A stretch of 64,000 nucleotides of DNA from Eledone cirrhosa. Lineage: Eukaryota. This document shows positions 39,755 to 53,399 of this stretch, one piece after another. How positions within the stretch are numbered: position 1 is the stretch's first letter; each line of letters starts with the position of its first letter. Below the pieces are notes generated by a model that ran no database searches, had not been told where the DNA came from, and saw only the letters and a list, made by a program, of their open reading frames with translations. The DNA lies in contig OZ024741.1 in NCBI GenBank assembly GCA_964016885.1, forward strand, positions 147,188,001 through 147,252,000, in the 5' to 3' direction. The position numbers and the translations under genes are program-made.

Positions 39755-40699
39755 TTCAGAATATTACCTTAAGATATGCCTTTGTACACCTATCTACTCT
39801 ATGCAGTTGCATAGTCAGAGTATATGCTACCTGGAGCAGTCCTCGAATTTACACAAATGCATATAGCAGACCCAAAAGGACCACCCACTTCACCCATCCC
39901 CACTAACTATACAACTGATCCTTCTATGAATTTAATATGGATTATCATATTATGCACATATTCTTTGTTCTTGTATGTTAGTTCTATTGGATGTTCTCCA
40001 TGAATTCAATTCATTGCTCTATAGAAGTCTATTTTTTAAATATGCTACCCAATTAAATGTGCAGCTGCTTATTTTTATTTATTCTTTTGTTAACTGCTTA
40101 GTCAGGGGATAAAATGCTGTGTCCCTGGCCCCTTTTTAGAGATTTTGAGATAGGTGGGAGGTTAATTAGAGGAAGTAAAGCAATGACCATGACCTTTACA
40201 AACTGGCCTGGCCCAGATTGGAAAATGATAATAGTATTAATTGTATTGTCCAGGGTTGATGGGAAAAAGTCAAGTGATCTTACTATTTGTCCCTTGTTAA
40301 GAGGTATGATTTATTTGGAAGGTCAAAGTCAGTAACTCTTTTGCTCCTTCCCAATTCCTGGATGCTTTGGTGAAGGTGAGAGACATTGCATCCATAGTTG
40401 AATGGAATAAAATTCTAAAATAGTAGGAATTATTGGCAAACTAATTTTTCCAGTCTGTGATATTCAAGATGCTTGGGGGAACTGGACCACTGACAATGAA
40501 GTTCTTGTTATCATTGGCTTACCCTACCGAGGTGTCAGGTGATGCTGTGAGGGTGCTTGGTCATTACACCACCTTAGCCACACTATCACCTATGGTAATG
40601 CAGCAAGTGTATTGACTTACCTCAAAACGTATTAGAGGGAGACTCTAGTGCACCTTCTCACCCACCTTTTTCTTTAATTGACAATTGAAGGGTCTTTGG

Positions 40700-40979
40700 A
40701 GTAATATTTGTCAATAAGATATACAGCCTGGAGATTAGGGAGTTGTTCCAGTTAGAGCCATTCCTTTTCCAAGTCATAGTTCCAGTAATATGGATATGTG
40801 GTTAGAATGTCTAAGGAAATAATTACTGGACAGGTTTTATGGGCAAAGCCAACTGGCAGGAGACCCAGAGGTTGACTACAAGAAGACTGGATAACATGTA
40901 TGAGCTTTGCTCATCTTTGAAGAAGAAGAAGAAGAAGAAGAAGAAGAAGAAGAAGAAGAAGAAGAAGAAGAAGAAGAAG

Positions 40980-41059
<80 letters not shown>
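40700..41059 (+). mobile_element. RTE 3' fragment (family of 11915-12730) followed by (GAA)n(CAA)n
   Basis: YGYVVRMS...KPTGRRPRG.LQEDW; microsatellite at 40919-41059. Confidence 0.65.
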
Positions 41060-41098
41060 GATCTTTGTTTTCTCCCTTGTTTATTTTTCAAGTATTAA

Positions 41099-41280
41099 TA
41101 ATTGTTTTTACTTTTGGCACAAGGTCAGTAATTACCTCAGTGCATTACTGATGCTTTATTTTATCAACCCCGTAAGGATGAAAGGCAAAGTTAACCTTAG
41201 CGGGATTTGAACTCAGAATGTAAAGAGCCATAACTCTATGCTGCCAAGCATGGTGTCTGACGCTCTACTGATACTACCAA
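41099..41280 (-). mobile_element. SINE family A with TSD
   Basis: Flanked by tcaagtattaat on both sides. Confidence 0.85.
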
Positions 41281-41293
41281 TCAAGTATTAATG

Positions 41294-41433
41294 ATATTTG
41301 TTATTAATAGTGACTGTTTAATTTGAAGTTTTGTTGAAGTTGCTAACGTTTTGAAAAGTGAATCTGTCGTAAAAAGTCAGTAGCTTCAACAAAATCTTAA
41401 ACTAAATTGTCACTATTAATAAATGACAAATAT
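41294..41433. repeat. Imperfect inverted repeat (hairpin)
   Basis: ttattaatagtgac...ttttgttgaagttgct pairs with agtagcttcaacaaaa...gtcactattaataa. Confidence 0.75.
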
Positions 41434-42894
41434 TATATTCACTCTCTAAGTAGTATGTAAGTCCTTCATTGAATTCAATTTAGCGTATTTATTACACTAA
41501 CCCATAAAACAAGCATTAAAAGTATTAATAAAATGTCTTTGTATTTTAATTTCAGATGTTTTGATGTTTGATTTTAATATAATTCTATCTAGTTTTAATT
41601 CATAGAGATTTTAAAAATTTAAGCTAATTTCTTCCATCTGATAATTCAGAGTTATGATACTTTAGTAAGGCTGTAAATATTTTATCAATATAGCATATAT
41701 TTTAGAATAATCGGTTTATGTAAACAATGCTTTGTATGTGATAAAGAATCAGAATTGAAACTGAAATATAAAGAAAATTGTTATGAATAGGATGTGTAAA
41801 TATTAGGAAAAGAAAAAAGGCAATCATCAGATCATACCAAAGAAACTAACAACATTTTCTAATCAGTACCACAAAAACAATATTTCCATTGGTCTTTCCA
41901 TTGCTGAGACTAGAACAACTCTTGGTAGAACAAAGGAGTCGATTATCAGATTGGATCAAGGAAACTATGTTTCTATTGGTCTTTCCATAGCTGAAACTAT
42001 CAGCAGGATTTGAACTCAGAACACAGAGTGCATAAACACACTAAAACATTTCATTGAAAGTTCTAACACAAGTATCCCTAAACTTTTAAGACCATTGATC
42101 CTTTGTTTCATTCCAGGCATTTACAAAAATAAATAAGTAATAGAATATTTAATAAATTGACACTAAATATAAATCTGAAACCCAAATAAGCAAGTTAGAT
42201 TTTATTTCTTGTGCAATAAATTCAACTGACCTTTCACCCCACCTCCAAATACCCAACAAACCCCTGATTTTTTATGATGCTCGAGGCTTGATATCAACCA
42301 CTTTCGGGATCCTTGCCAATTTACCACATCAGATGAAAGAAAAACTAATTAAAAGCTAACTAAAAATTCATGAATTAATTTACTGAAAAAAAAACAAAAC
42401 AATTTACTGTTCATTCCCTATGCAGGTTTAGCTGGCTTTCAACGAAGTTGTATCCCATATCATCCTTGGGTGTTTTAATGATAGGGGTCCCAGTTTTATC
42501 ATGATAATGTATGGGAGATGAAGTTTCTAGCTCAAGAACACTACACGCCACCAGGAATCAAACATACAACCATGTCTGTGAATCCAACAGCCTAACCACT
42601 GAGCCTCTCATTGCTCTGACATAACTGAAAATTCAGTCACCATATTTACCTATCAACAATTAAGATTTTAAAATAAATTCAGAATATTATTCATTTTAGT
42701 TTGGTTCCAAAATTCTTTCATATGAAGTGAGAAAGTATATTAAAATGTTTTCCGTAATCATTTGCATGGTTTTGAAAAATCAATTTTCCTTCCATAATTG
42801 AAATATTGGTTTTTAGGTAAGGATTTATGAAGGAAAATACACATACAGCAAACAAATACACATTCATACTTCCATACACACATAGTCACATAGG

Positions 42895-42913
42895 CACACA
42901 CACATGCACACAC

Positions 42914-43010
<97 letters not shown>
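42895..43010. repeat. (CA)n microsatellite
   Basis: Direct reading. Confidence 0.95.
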
Positions 43011-43012
<2 letters not shown>

Positions 43013-44364
43013 GCCATCATACAGACACACACACACACTACTACATACTCAAACAATTAGACTACTGTACACAGACACAAACTCCCATACAAACAAACAC
43101 ACACACACATACACACATGTACAAAAATATATCAAAGAGAGAACCCAAAAGAGAAGGAGAGAAAAAGAGAGATAAAATGGAGTAAGAGTGAAAGAGAGAG
43201 AGAACTTCTGTATTAAGTTATTTAGTATATTCAATATGCAGTGGCCACATTTTCAAAATCCAAATTTTATGGACGCTATGTCTCATAAAAATATGGAGAT
43301 AATCATTTCATCTGCCACAGCAAATTGAAATGCCAAAGTCTGGCAAAAAAAACATCATGCTAAACATCTTACGTTTTTTAACATGTGTGTGTGTGTGTGT
43401 GTGTGCACTCAGTAAACTCTGTATAATGGTAGTGCTGCCATAATAAAATGCATAGAGTACACCCTGGGAGGTTGTTGGGGTTAGGGAAGGCATCCAGCTG
43501 ATGAAATCATGCCAAAAATGGGTTACATGGTGGCCTGAATTACATCCAGTCTCAGACCATAGCAACTTGTTTAACCTATGCCAGCATGTAAAATGGATAC
43601 AAAACAATGATGATAATATACATATGTATCTCTCTCTCTATATATATATATATATATGATGGCTGCAAACTCTGCTAAGAGTACTGCAATTGCTTGTCAG
43701 ATTACCAGCCACACGAACCTGTAACATATCCTGAACAAGCAATGCCTGTGCTTTGAAGGTTTTTTAAGTGTGGAAAAGCCTTGCATTCGACCAATCCCAC
43801 TCCCTGAGCATTGAAAACACTACCCAAAAAGGAGAACTGGTCAAGATCATCAGATGCTTCCAAGCCGCATTTTTTTTTCAGAGTTTCCCCTCTCCTAGAA
43901 AAGTGTTGTGAAAACAACTGGGGGGGGCTTTCATTCACAGGCGAACAAACAAATGTCAGTCTCCATATGGATTATGTCATAGTACTATGATGTAACCATT
44001 TCACCACAGAAATACATATTTTGGGTAATTGTGTAATTAAAGAAGTTATGAAATATGTCCTTCATATTGTACTATTAATGTATTTAACTCTGTCTTGCAC
44101 TATCCATATGATACCATATCAAAATTGGTAGAAAACATATGATGTTGAGTGTGTTTTCTTTATTACATAATGCTGATTGTTATACTTGGGGAGGGTCATA
44201 TTGTTGTAATAATATTGCCAGAAATAATAACAGAAAACACTCACTGTTTGGTTGGTTTTCGCTTCTGTATCTTTTATATTTTCATAGTTAATTTATTTGG
44301 CAATCAATGTTTATCATTGATTGACCAGCGGTTAAAAATACAGATATAAATATATATATATATA

Positions 44365-44805
44365 GTCTATCAAAGTTCTTTCGTTGCACATCTGCAACAT
44401 CATCAGTGGTATTATTATGTTTCCTCCTATTGTATTGTATTGTATGTCTATGCTATTTTTATTTTTATTTATTTATTCTTGTCTCTGTCTCTGCGCATGC
44501 GTTTTCGTATGTGTATAATGTTTGGTGTGTGTGTATTCGCGTTTGAGTGTATGTGTTTTTGTTTTCGTATTCTACCTTTGTTCACTAGAGTGTGTTTATA
44601 TGTGTTTGTTGTTATTGTGCTTGTGTATATATTTATTTATTTATATTTCCTTTAAGTCAGTATTGACTTAAGGGAAATATAAATAAATAAATATTTTCTT
44701 TAAGAAATATAAATAAATAAATAAATATATACACAAGTACAATGACAACAAACACATATAAACACACACTAGTGAACAAAGGTTGAATACAAAAACACAT
44801 ACTTA
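44365..44805 (-). mobile_element. PLE pLTR remnant with degenerate hammerhead and inverted duplication
   Basis: Minus strand CTGATGA-tgttgca gatg tgcaac-GAAA at 44378-44406; inverted repeat ~44550-44655 vs ~44697-44803. Confidence 0.55.
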
Positions 44806-44934
44806 AAAACATTAACTTCAACACAGAGTTCAACACAGTAGGATTTGAACTCACAGTGCTGAAAACTAGAATAACTATCACAAAGCATTTAATTTGGCAC
44901 TCTAATGACTGCCAATGTGCTGCCTATTTAACAT

Positions 44935-45085
44935 TTGTCAGTGGCTGAGATGTCTGGCAATCTGCCTGAGTCCCGGAATCATCCCTCTACTTACTCCTGT
45001 CAGAATGCAGTTGGCCACTTGCAGCAGTGAGCTCCATTGGCTGCAAAGGCTCTTTTGGCACATCTCCCTTGTAATGCTTTCTTTT
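44935..45085 (+). mobile_element. CRE-like RLE C-terminal fragment, decayed
   Basis: VAEMSG.L.PG..PLLT.V..QLA....E.....RLF.HISL parallels the fragment at 1765-1930. Confidence 0.4.
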
Positions 45086-47802
45086 TTCTATCTGTTGGGA
45101 CTTTAAGGTAGCATGCATCCAAGTTTCTACATGTTGAAGAAACAAAGCAATCAAATGTCAGAGGAGGATGTGATAACCTTCTTTTGACTGGTTCAAGGTG
45201 TTTCCATTGGCCACTACATACACACATACATGTATACATTATATTCATGTTTAAAAGTTCCCATCCTCATGGAAGACTGGGTCTTACATATTTACATATT
45301 TACAACCTTTATTGGTACACTTATTAAATGTTTATTAATAACCTTAAGTTGTAGTTTATCAAAGGAAAAACAGAGACATCTGAATTCCATAGATTATTAT
45401 CGCAAACAAAATATACAATACTGCTTATAATTTAGTAATTCCTCAGAAATATAATTACCACATTTCCAATGATATAAACTTGTCTATAATTTCCAAATTA
45501 TTTTGAAAATAATCAAGAATTATGAGGGATTTAATAATATAACTAACTTTCTCATTATTAAGTTAGTGTTTGGATCATAAAGGTTCTTACATGAAATTAT
45601 GATGGAAGAATTTTATATAAATATATACACTTTGTATAGAATTAGAGCTGGTTTCGTGAGGTCTGGTATCAACAAGATTAAATACGAGCAGTGATATCAG
45701 TTGTACACTTCATCAGTAATTTCTTAAATAAGTTTTGTTTTCATGTGTTCATCCTATAATGTTAGAATTGTACATACCTTAAGTGACATATTTCTTGAGC
45801 ATATCCTACTTGTGGGACAGTACTCATGACCTTGATATGCCTCCTGAAGACCCCCCAGACCAGACACACAGGTTAATCCTGAATTTTTAATCATTTTTGA
45901 CAATGAATAGATGAATGAATAGACAGATGAATATATAGATAAATGTGTGCCCCGGTTGAATATATTTGTATGTCTGTATGTGTCTGAATACATGTGGAGG
46001 GAAAGAATACACAAATAAGTTTGCATATATCAATAAATATATGTCATGGTGTCAAGAATAATTCCAACTGAAATATCCCTTCTTAAAATAATCCATAATT
46101 GACTAAGTTTCAATAACAGTGTATCACATATCCTCTCTTCCCACCTTCTCATTCTCTCACCTCCTTCATCATCACCTTTATAACTTTATATATCAACACA
46201 TCCCTATGTGTCTTCTTTCCTTACAACTATGTTAAAACTATGCTTGTACCACTCAACGATGTGCAATATCGGAGAAATATGACACAGCTAGCTCTCCTTC
46301 TAATAACACTCACTCAAACAAGCCAGTCATCAGTTTCGGTGATATTCAGCTAACAATGTGAAGAAATAATGTAGCTGATACACAGAGCATTGATATGTTT
46401 ATGAGATATCAATGACAAAATTGATAGTGTTTTGCTGCCAATGACAGTTCTTAAATCGATATACATTATTCTGTTTTTCAATTAAGTTGGATTTTCTTAG
46501 GAAAGTTACTTGGCCCTATTAATGCCAGTGACTCGTTGCAATTCATTTATGCCAACCTGAACATGAACCATCTTACCAAACAATAAATGGCTGTTTAACA
46601 GGACAGTTTATAAAATAAGTCTGAGCTACTTTATATTTTGTATAAATTCTATAGATTTCTGGTAATCTTCTGTAAGTGATCAGATTTTTTTTTTTTTCTT
46701 AACTCTTTCATTACCATATTTCTATGGAAAACACTGCCTATGATTTTAAAATAATTTTGAAGAAAACCAAAAGTTTGGAGAGATTTAGTAGTAAAAATAA
46801 CGTTTCCATTATTAAACTGGAGTTTGGAACATAAAGGTTCTTACATAAAATTATGATGGAAGATTTTTAGATTAATATAAACACTAAAATAAACAGCTTT
46901 GTATTGTAGAAGCAAAGGTCGTTTCAGGAGGTTTGGTATCAAAAACGTTAATCAAAATCATGCTTCAGTTGATATATTTTCTTCTAAATTAGCTGAGTGA
47001 GTGTCTTGAAGTGAGATGGGTTCTGCTGCCAGTTTGATTTACATGAAAGCACAAGACTTAGTGGCTCATGGTAATAAGGTGGTGAATTTGATTTCTGGTG
47101 ACATGATATGTCCTTTATTTCACATTGGTCCATTCCACTCAGTAATTCATAGGGTCAGCATTATCACACACTGTGTCATGATGAACCTACCCAAGAAATA
47201 TGTTAATAGTACACATGTCTATGGAATGCTCAGCCACTCATATGTTAAATTAATGAGCAGGCTGTTCCATTGTTTGAACAACTAGAACACTGGTCATTGG
47301 AACAGACAGAGGTCCAACAACAAACACTTGAAAAACAATCCTCTATGTTAAACCCACAGTTCACACCTATGCAGATTTAGTTGATCTAGGCAGTTTCTTG
47401 AATGTTTAAATAATAGGGACACCAGTTCTCTCATGAAAAGCAAATGAAATTCCTTGCTCAAGAGCACAATGCACCACTCAGTTGAGGAAATAAAACCATG
47501 ACCTTATGATTGTGAGTCCAACACCCTAACCATGTGACCATGGGGTGACTAATCAGCTAAATTTAGGTGTTTGGGGTTAATTTTAATTTTCATGTTTTTT
47601 TAGTCAGCAAGAATCCTTTCCCCCCACCTCCACCTCAATACATTACTTCATAGGTAAGCAGCAATTTAGCAATGTTATTAAATTCTTGAATTAAAAATCT
47701 CTCGCTAATACTTCTTCTGGTTCATTGTGTTCTGTATTCAAACTCCAAAATCAACTTTGACCTTTGCTTTTTGAAAGTCAATAAAGTAACAGTACTGGAG
47801 TT

Positions 47803-47805
<3 letters not shown>

Positions 47806-47895
<90 letters not shown>
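47806..47895. repeat. (CT)n microsatellite inside a SINE
   Basis: Direct reading. Confidence 0.95.
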
Positions 47896-47898
<3 letters not shown>

Positions 47899-50557
47899 AA
47901 ACTAATCTGTGTAATATGATCTGGAGAGGTATGGGTTCCACCAGGTTTAAAATGCCAAAGGTACACCATGTGCCAGAATAACACTTCTATGACTCTGTTG
48001 GGAGTTATAGGCTAAGAAAAAGTCATTGTTACAAGCCTGTTGTGGAGTAAATCATGTGTGGAGTATATCATGAGTATATCATGATTGTATCTGTTATACT
48101 TTTCATTAACATAACCTAATGAGGAAACATCTATGTGGTCTATTAACTTGCTAGGAATAAGAATATTTCAATATCTCAAATCACTCAAATCATTATTGGT
48201 TTTATGTCCCCTTTCCACACTGGCATGTGTTGGACTGGTTGTCACAGTCCAAAACCAGCTGGGGCAGAACTACTTCATAATTGGCACGGTTTCTACAGCT
48301 GGATGTCTTTCTTAACACCAACCACCTTATAGCGTGTACAAGGTGCATATTTCCATGGTAGCAGCACTACCATTTGCAGAGTGTACAGGGTGCATTTTAT
48401 TGTGCAACCAACACTAACACTTTATTGGATGGATTGGGTGCATTTTATCATGGCACAAGCACTCCTGCTGTTACATGCTTGTCCAGACTCAGGGGTCCTC
48501 TCAAACTTTAAACTGTCACTGTTCAATCATTAGCACAGTAGGCTCCAATCTCTGACCACTTTTTATGTTGTAGTGCTTGTACAGGTGGATGGATCTCTTG
48601 TATTATGGCATATTTCCAATCAGTTCAGTGCTGCATCATCATCTGTGAATGGTTCAGATTGCTTAGGTCATTTTTCACAACTTCATCCTGTGTCTTCCTT
48701 GGTCTAAGGAAATGGTATAATCATAGGTATAGACTATTGGATCTCCTATGGCTATTATATTAGCTATCCAGTGTTTTGGGCAGTTTGGTAACCTTTTCAT
48801 AATGTTTAGTGTTTGCATGTCAGCAAGGCAAATGGGCAAAGTCATTAGAGTGTTGGATAGAAAATTATATAGTATTTGTTCCAGCTCACTATACTCAAAT
48901 CCTATTGTAGTCAACTTTACCTTTAATCCTTTAGGCTTAATAAAATACAATACTAATCTATGGCAGTGGATTGGTGTAATTGTTAGAGCACGTGGCAAGA
49001 TGCTTTGTAGTTCTAGCATTTTGCATCCTGAGTCAAATTCTATTTAAGGGTTAGTGATTCAAATATTATTGAGGGCTAAGGATTATCCCACAACTATGGT
49101 ACCAAAACTAATTATGAAAGCTGCAATAGGAGGATGATGATTGTAGCTATCCAATACTGCAATCTAGTAGCCTTGAGCTCATAGATAGTCTGTTATTCAT
49201 TGGGGTTTGTGGTATCATTGAAAACCTTCTTGACTTCATGCTTTGTGCCTTTGTAAGTCAACACAAGCTTACCTTTCTCCAAACTATATATATGTATGTC
49301 AGGAGTTGTGGCCATTTAACATGTATGCCAGTGGGCCATTTGCTTCACTTGTAATGACTTATAACAGCTAAATATATAACTCATTCAATAACCTAATATC
49401 TTTATAATGAGAGGCCAATGTTTTAATTCTAAATTTTTGACTGCAGTCTATCCTATCTTTATCTAAATCGTAGGTTTTTTGATACTGAGGTTTAACCTAT
49501 ACTGACTTTACTGGACATGGGAGTACCATAAAATGAGATTTTCACTTGACTGGTTATTGTGTTTCATATTATAAAGTCATTGGAGACACATTTATATTCC
49601 ACTGAGGATTATTGCCAAATATGATGGAAACGATAAATATAGGTTATCTCTCAAGTCATCAAATTCCCAGCTGGCATGACACTCTGAAATAGTAAAGTGT
49701 TATGGTTGCAGCCAATGTTTCTCTAGAAGATTCTGAATAGTCAAACAGTTTAGCCATTACTGCACGAAACATTTTGGCACTCAACAATAATATTGCAGCA
49801 TATTTTCATCAACCATCTCTTAATTCTCAACAGACTTCTAATGTCAGTGACATTTCTCCCTCGAGAAAAATATTATTAGAAATAGAATTTTTTAAAAATC
49901 TGAATAAAAGAAAGAAGAAAAAAACTACCTCATCAACAATAACAAAACCGAGCAACAACAACAGTAATAAAAATGAATGATTAAGTATAAAACAATCATC
50001 AATAACATAGTGGCTTAATTAATTATTGTTTGTTGATTTGTGCAATTAAATGGTAATTCAATACAGGGACTATTCATCAGTGTATGCATACTTTCTTTTA
50101 ACTTTTTTGATACCACCTCTAATTCTACAATTCAAAACTGTTTCTAAAAGTTTATATTCATTTAAAAACCTTCCATTATGATTTTATGTATGAGTCTTTG
50201 TTACACCATAAACACCAACTTGATTATACTACTAAACTATATTTTTAAATGTTTATCTTTATAAAAAAAACTATCATAATTTTATGTAAGAACCTTTGTT
50301 AGGTTATGTTCCAAACACACCAGCTTAATCATAAGAAACTTAGTTATATTACTAAATCCCTTCAAATTAATTATTTTCAAAATTATTTGAAAACCATATG
50401 TCTTTCATTGGAAATTATATAACAAAATGTTAGAATAATATATTCAACCAGAATTACATTTGATATTTTTATTGATGGAAAAATTAGGAGTTAAAGTACT
50501 TGAGACTTTCTCAATAAGTTACTGCACACCTCTCACATTCAGAAGTTTTCCTATTTC

Positions 50558-50782
50558 AGCACCCAGCCCACACTGTAAAGTGGTCATGTAGGAGTCACAA
50601 CAAAAAGCACCCACCACACACTGTAAATATGGTTGGCATTAGGAAGGGCATCCAGCTGTAGAAATCTAGCCAGAAACAGTTCCATATGAGCAAGACACGC
50701 TCACCTGACCCAACTTGCTTCAAATGGGACAACCCGTCTAACCCATGCTAGCATGGGAAGTGAACGTTAAATGATGATGATA
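50558..50782 (+). mobile_element. RTE 3' UTR / SINE tail fragment
   Basis: agcacccagcccacactgtaaagtggt...ggaagggcatccagctgtagaaa...(ATG)n. Confidence 0.8.
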
Positions 50783-52800
50783 TCATCATCATCATCATCA
50801 TCATCATCAACGTTTAACGTCCGTGTTCCACGCTTGCATGGGTTTGGACGGGGGTAGTCCCACTTGAGGCAAGAGTGATTGTCCTGCTCGCATAGGACCG
50901 TCTGGCAGGTTTTCTACAGCTGGATGCCCTTCCTAACACCAACCACATTTACAGTGTGGGTCTGGGAGGTTTTTACCGTGTTGCCTACACGGCCACATTA
51001 CAGCATGGACTGTGTATTTTTTTGTCGTGACACCTACACGATCTCATTTGTTTCGGCCTGGATGGCGCGGCACCAACATAACTTTACATAGAACGGGGTG
51101 GTGTGGATGGGGTGGGGGTGGTGGTGGTGGGACGGGGTGTATTTTGTTAGAGATGCCTACTGGCTGGAGTAGGTTTTACTATATATTTAGGTAAGGCGGG
51201 TCTTCTCTGTTACTGAGTACCGCCAAAGGTCTCGGTCCAGTGACATTGTCTTGGAGAGGTGTAAGTGTGTGATGTCGGAGTTTATCAGCTCGTCCCAGGT
51301 TTTTCTAGGTCTGCCTATTCCGTGACTACCGTCTATCTTTATTGCCCTGCACTTTGTTATACAGCTATCGACTTTCATGCGCATCACGTGTCCATACCAA
51401 CGTAGCCTTCTCTCGAGTAAACAACATCTGATCCCTCTTATCTCTAATTTTTTCCTTAGTTCGTTTATGCTTTGCCGTTCACGTATATTACTGTTACACA
51501 TCCAGCGGAGCATGCAAGCTTCGTTCCTCTCTAGTCTGCGTATATCCTCTGCACACAATGCCCAGGTCTCACTGCCATGCAGCATTGCTGTTCGTATGCA
51601 GGCATCGTACAACCTGCCTTTCATTTTTAGGGAGAACCCTTTAGCAGCTAATAGTGGTATAAGCTCTCTGAACTTTTTCCAACCAGTTCTGACTCTAGCT
51701 ACAGTACTTTCAGAGCACCCTCCCCCACTGCTGATTTTATCGCCCAGGTAACGGAAGCTGTCCACTATTTCTATAGAACCCTCTGCGCAATTGAAAGAGC
51801 TAGTATTTTGTGGGCACTTGCTGCTACTTATTGCACCAGAACACCGGCCACATGTAAAATCTATGTTCTTAGTTAGCTTACCTGTGATCCCACTACATCT
51901 TTTATGTACCCATACTTTGCATTTAGGACATAAAATGGAGTTTCGACCTACGCCTTTCCTACACACCGAGCACGACCATTTCCCAGAAGGGACCGCCGCC
52001 TTGTTTTCTTTCCTACAAACTAGAACTTTGGTCTTAGCCAGGTTAATTTTAAGTCCTTTTGACTCTAGGCCGTGCTTCCATGTTTGGAATTTCTTCTCTA
52101 GCTCGGCCATTGATTCCGCTATGAGTGTCAGGTCGTCTGCGTATAGGAGTTCCCATGGGCAGCCTGTCTTGAACTCCTCTGTTATAGCCTGAAGGGCAAT
52201 AATAAATAGTAGGGGGCTGAGAACAGAGCCCTGATGGACGCCAACTTTTACGCTAAACTCTTCACTATATTCGTTGTTAATTCTAACCTTGCTGACTGTT
52301 TCTTTATACATGGCTTGTATAGCCCTCACAAGCCATTCGTCAACGCCTAGTTTTCTAAGAGCCCACCAGATAATGGAGCGGGGGACTCTGTCGAAGGCTT
52401 TCTCCAAGTCGACAAAAGCTAAGTAGAGGGGTTTACCTTTAGCTAGGTACTTCTCCTGTAGTTGTCGTACTATGAAAAGAGCGCCTGTGGTACTTTTGCC
52501 TGACACAAACCCGAACTGCATTTCATCTAGGTCAATTCTCTCTCTGATTAGTTGCGCTATTACTTTTTCTGTGACCTTCATGACCTGGTCGATTAATTTA
52601 ATGCCTCTATAGTTACTCCTATCTAGGGCGTCTCCTTTACCCTTATAACAGTTAACGATGATGCTGCTATGCCAGTCCTTCGGAACAACCCCATTCTGTA
52701 CGACTTGGTTAACTATGCGGGTGACCATGGTGTGTCCCACCGTGCCAGATGCCTTCAGCATCTCAGCAACTATTTCCGAAGGCCCAGCCGCCTTACCCGT

Positions 52801-52801
<1 letters not shown>
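50783..52801 (-). mobile_element. Young 5'-truncated RTE-clade LINE
   Basis: Uninterrupted RT ORF, 3' UTR and (ATG)n tail; truncated at the (TA)n tract 52803-52842. Confidence 0.95.
51187..52800 (-). CDS. RTE ORF2 fragment: reverse transcriptase, PHD-type zinc finger and C-terminal domain (endonuclease missing)
   Basis: GKAAGP, NYRGIKL, QFGF, AFVDLEKAFD, VHQGSVLSPLLF, YADD, C4HC3 PHD, RLRWYGHVMR, GRPRKTW; the N-terminal YIYI stretch of the ORF call is microsatellite. Confidence 0.93.
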   Translation of the reverse strand, partial: TGKAAGPSEIVAEMLKASGTVGHTMVTRIVNQVVQNGVVPKDWHSSIIVNCYKGKGDALDRSNYRGIKLIDQVMKVTEKVIAQLIRERIDLDEMQFGFVSGKSTTGALFIVRQLQEKYLAKGKPLYLAFVDLEKAFDRVPRSIIWWALRKLGVDEWLVRAIQAMYKETVSKVRINNEYSEEFSVKVGVHQGSVLSPLLFIIALQAITEEFKTGCPWELLYADDLTLIAESMAELEKKFQTWKHGLESKGLKINLAKTKVLVCRKENKAAVPSGKWSCSVCRKGVGRNSILCPKCKVWVHKRCSGITGKLTKNIDFTCGRCSGAISSSKCPQNTSSFNCAEGSIEIVDSFRYLGDKISSGGGCSESTVARVRTGWKKFRELIPLLAAKGFSLKMKGRLYDACIRTAMLHGSETWALCAEDIRRLERNEACMLRWMCNSNIRERQSINELRKKLEIRGIRCCLLERRLRWYGHVMRMKVDSCITKCRAIKIDGSHGIGRPRKTWDELINSDITHLHLSKTMSLDRDLWRYSVTEKTRLT

Positions 52802-52845
<44 letters not shown>

Positions 52846-53055
52846 CCACACTGTAAACATGGTTGATGTTAGGAAGGGCATCTAGCATGTTGGTATATGT
52901 TGGACAGAATGCTTTGAAACAATGTTTTACAGTCAGATGCCACTCTTGACACCAACCTATTTGGACATATCTTAATACCTGCAGGGATATGATGTATATT
53001 CTCTAAAACTGGGATACACATAGTAATATATACCAGCAAGTGTATATTACTAGTA

Positions 53056-53255
53056 CATATTCAAACCTATTTATTAAATTTCTTTCAAACCTGTATTCAA
53101 ACCTGTATTCAAACCTGTTTATTAAATTTCTTTCAAACCTGTATTCAAACCTGTATTCAAACCTGTATTCAAACCTGTTTATTAAATTTCTTTTAAACCT
53201 GTATTCAAACCTGTATTCAAACCTGTATTCAAACCTGTTTATTAAATTTATTTCC
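53056..53255. repeat. 12-bp minisatellite (tattcaaacctg) with higher-order structure
   Basis: Runs of 12-mers punctuated by tttattaaatttct roughly every 48-60 bp. Confidence 0.9.
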
Positions 53256-53399
53256 AAGATGTGCTTCACTAAATACATATGATATAAATCCATATATGAT
53301 ATATTATTTAATATTGATGTTAGTGGAAGTTTAACAGCAATAAATCAAAATCTAACAAGCAATCTTGTTTGTTACATTTGGTTTTTTTTTACTCAAATT

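Noticed and set aside
39200-40700. Possible coding or LINE remnants (also 46080-46620 and 17270-17990)
   Set aside because: No motif could be read with confidence; probably old TE debris that needs a database search.
40823-41210. Poly-E/Q, poly-K/N and poly-C/S ORFs
   Set aside because: (GAA)n(CAA)n microsatellite next to TE fragments; no splice or coding context.
51377-52192. Plus-strand ORFs of 124 and 133 aa
   Set aside because: Antisense shadows of the RTE ORF.
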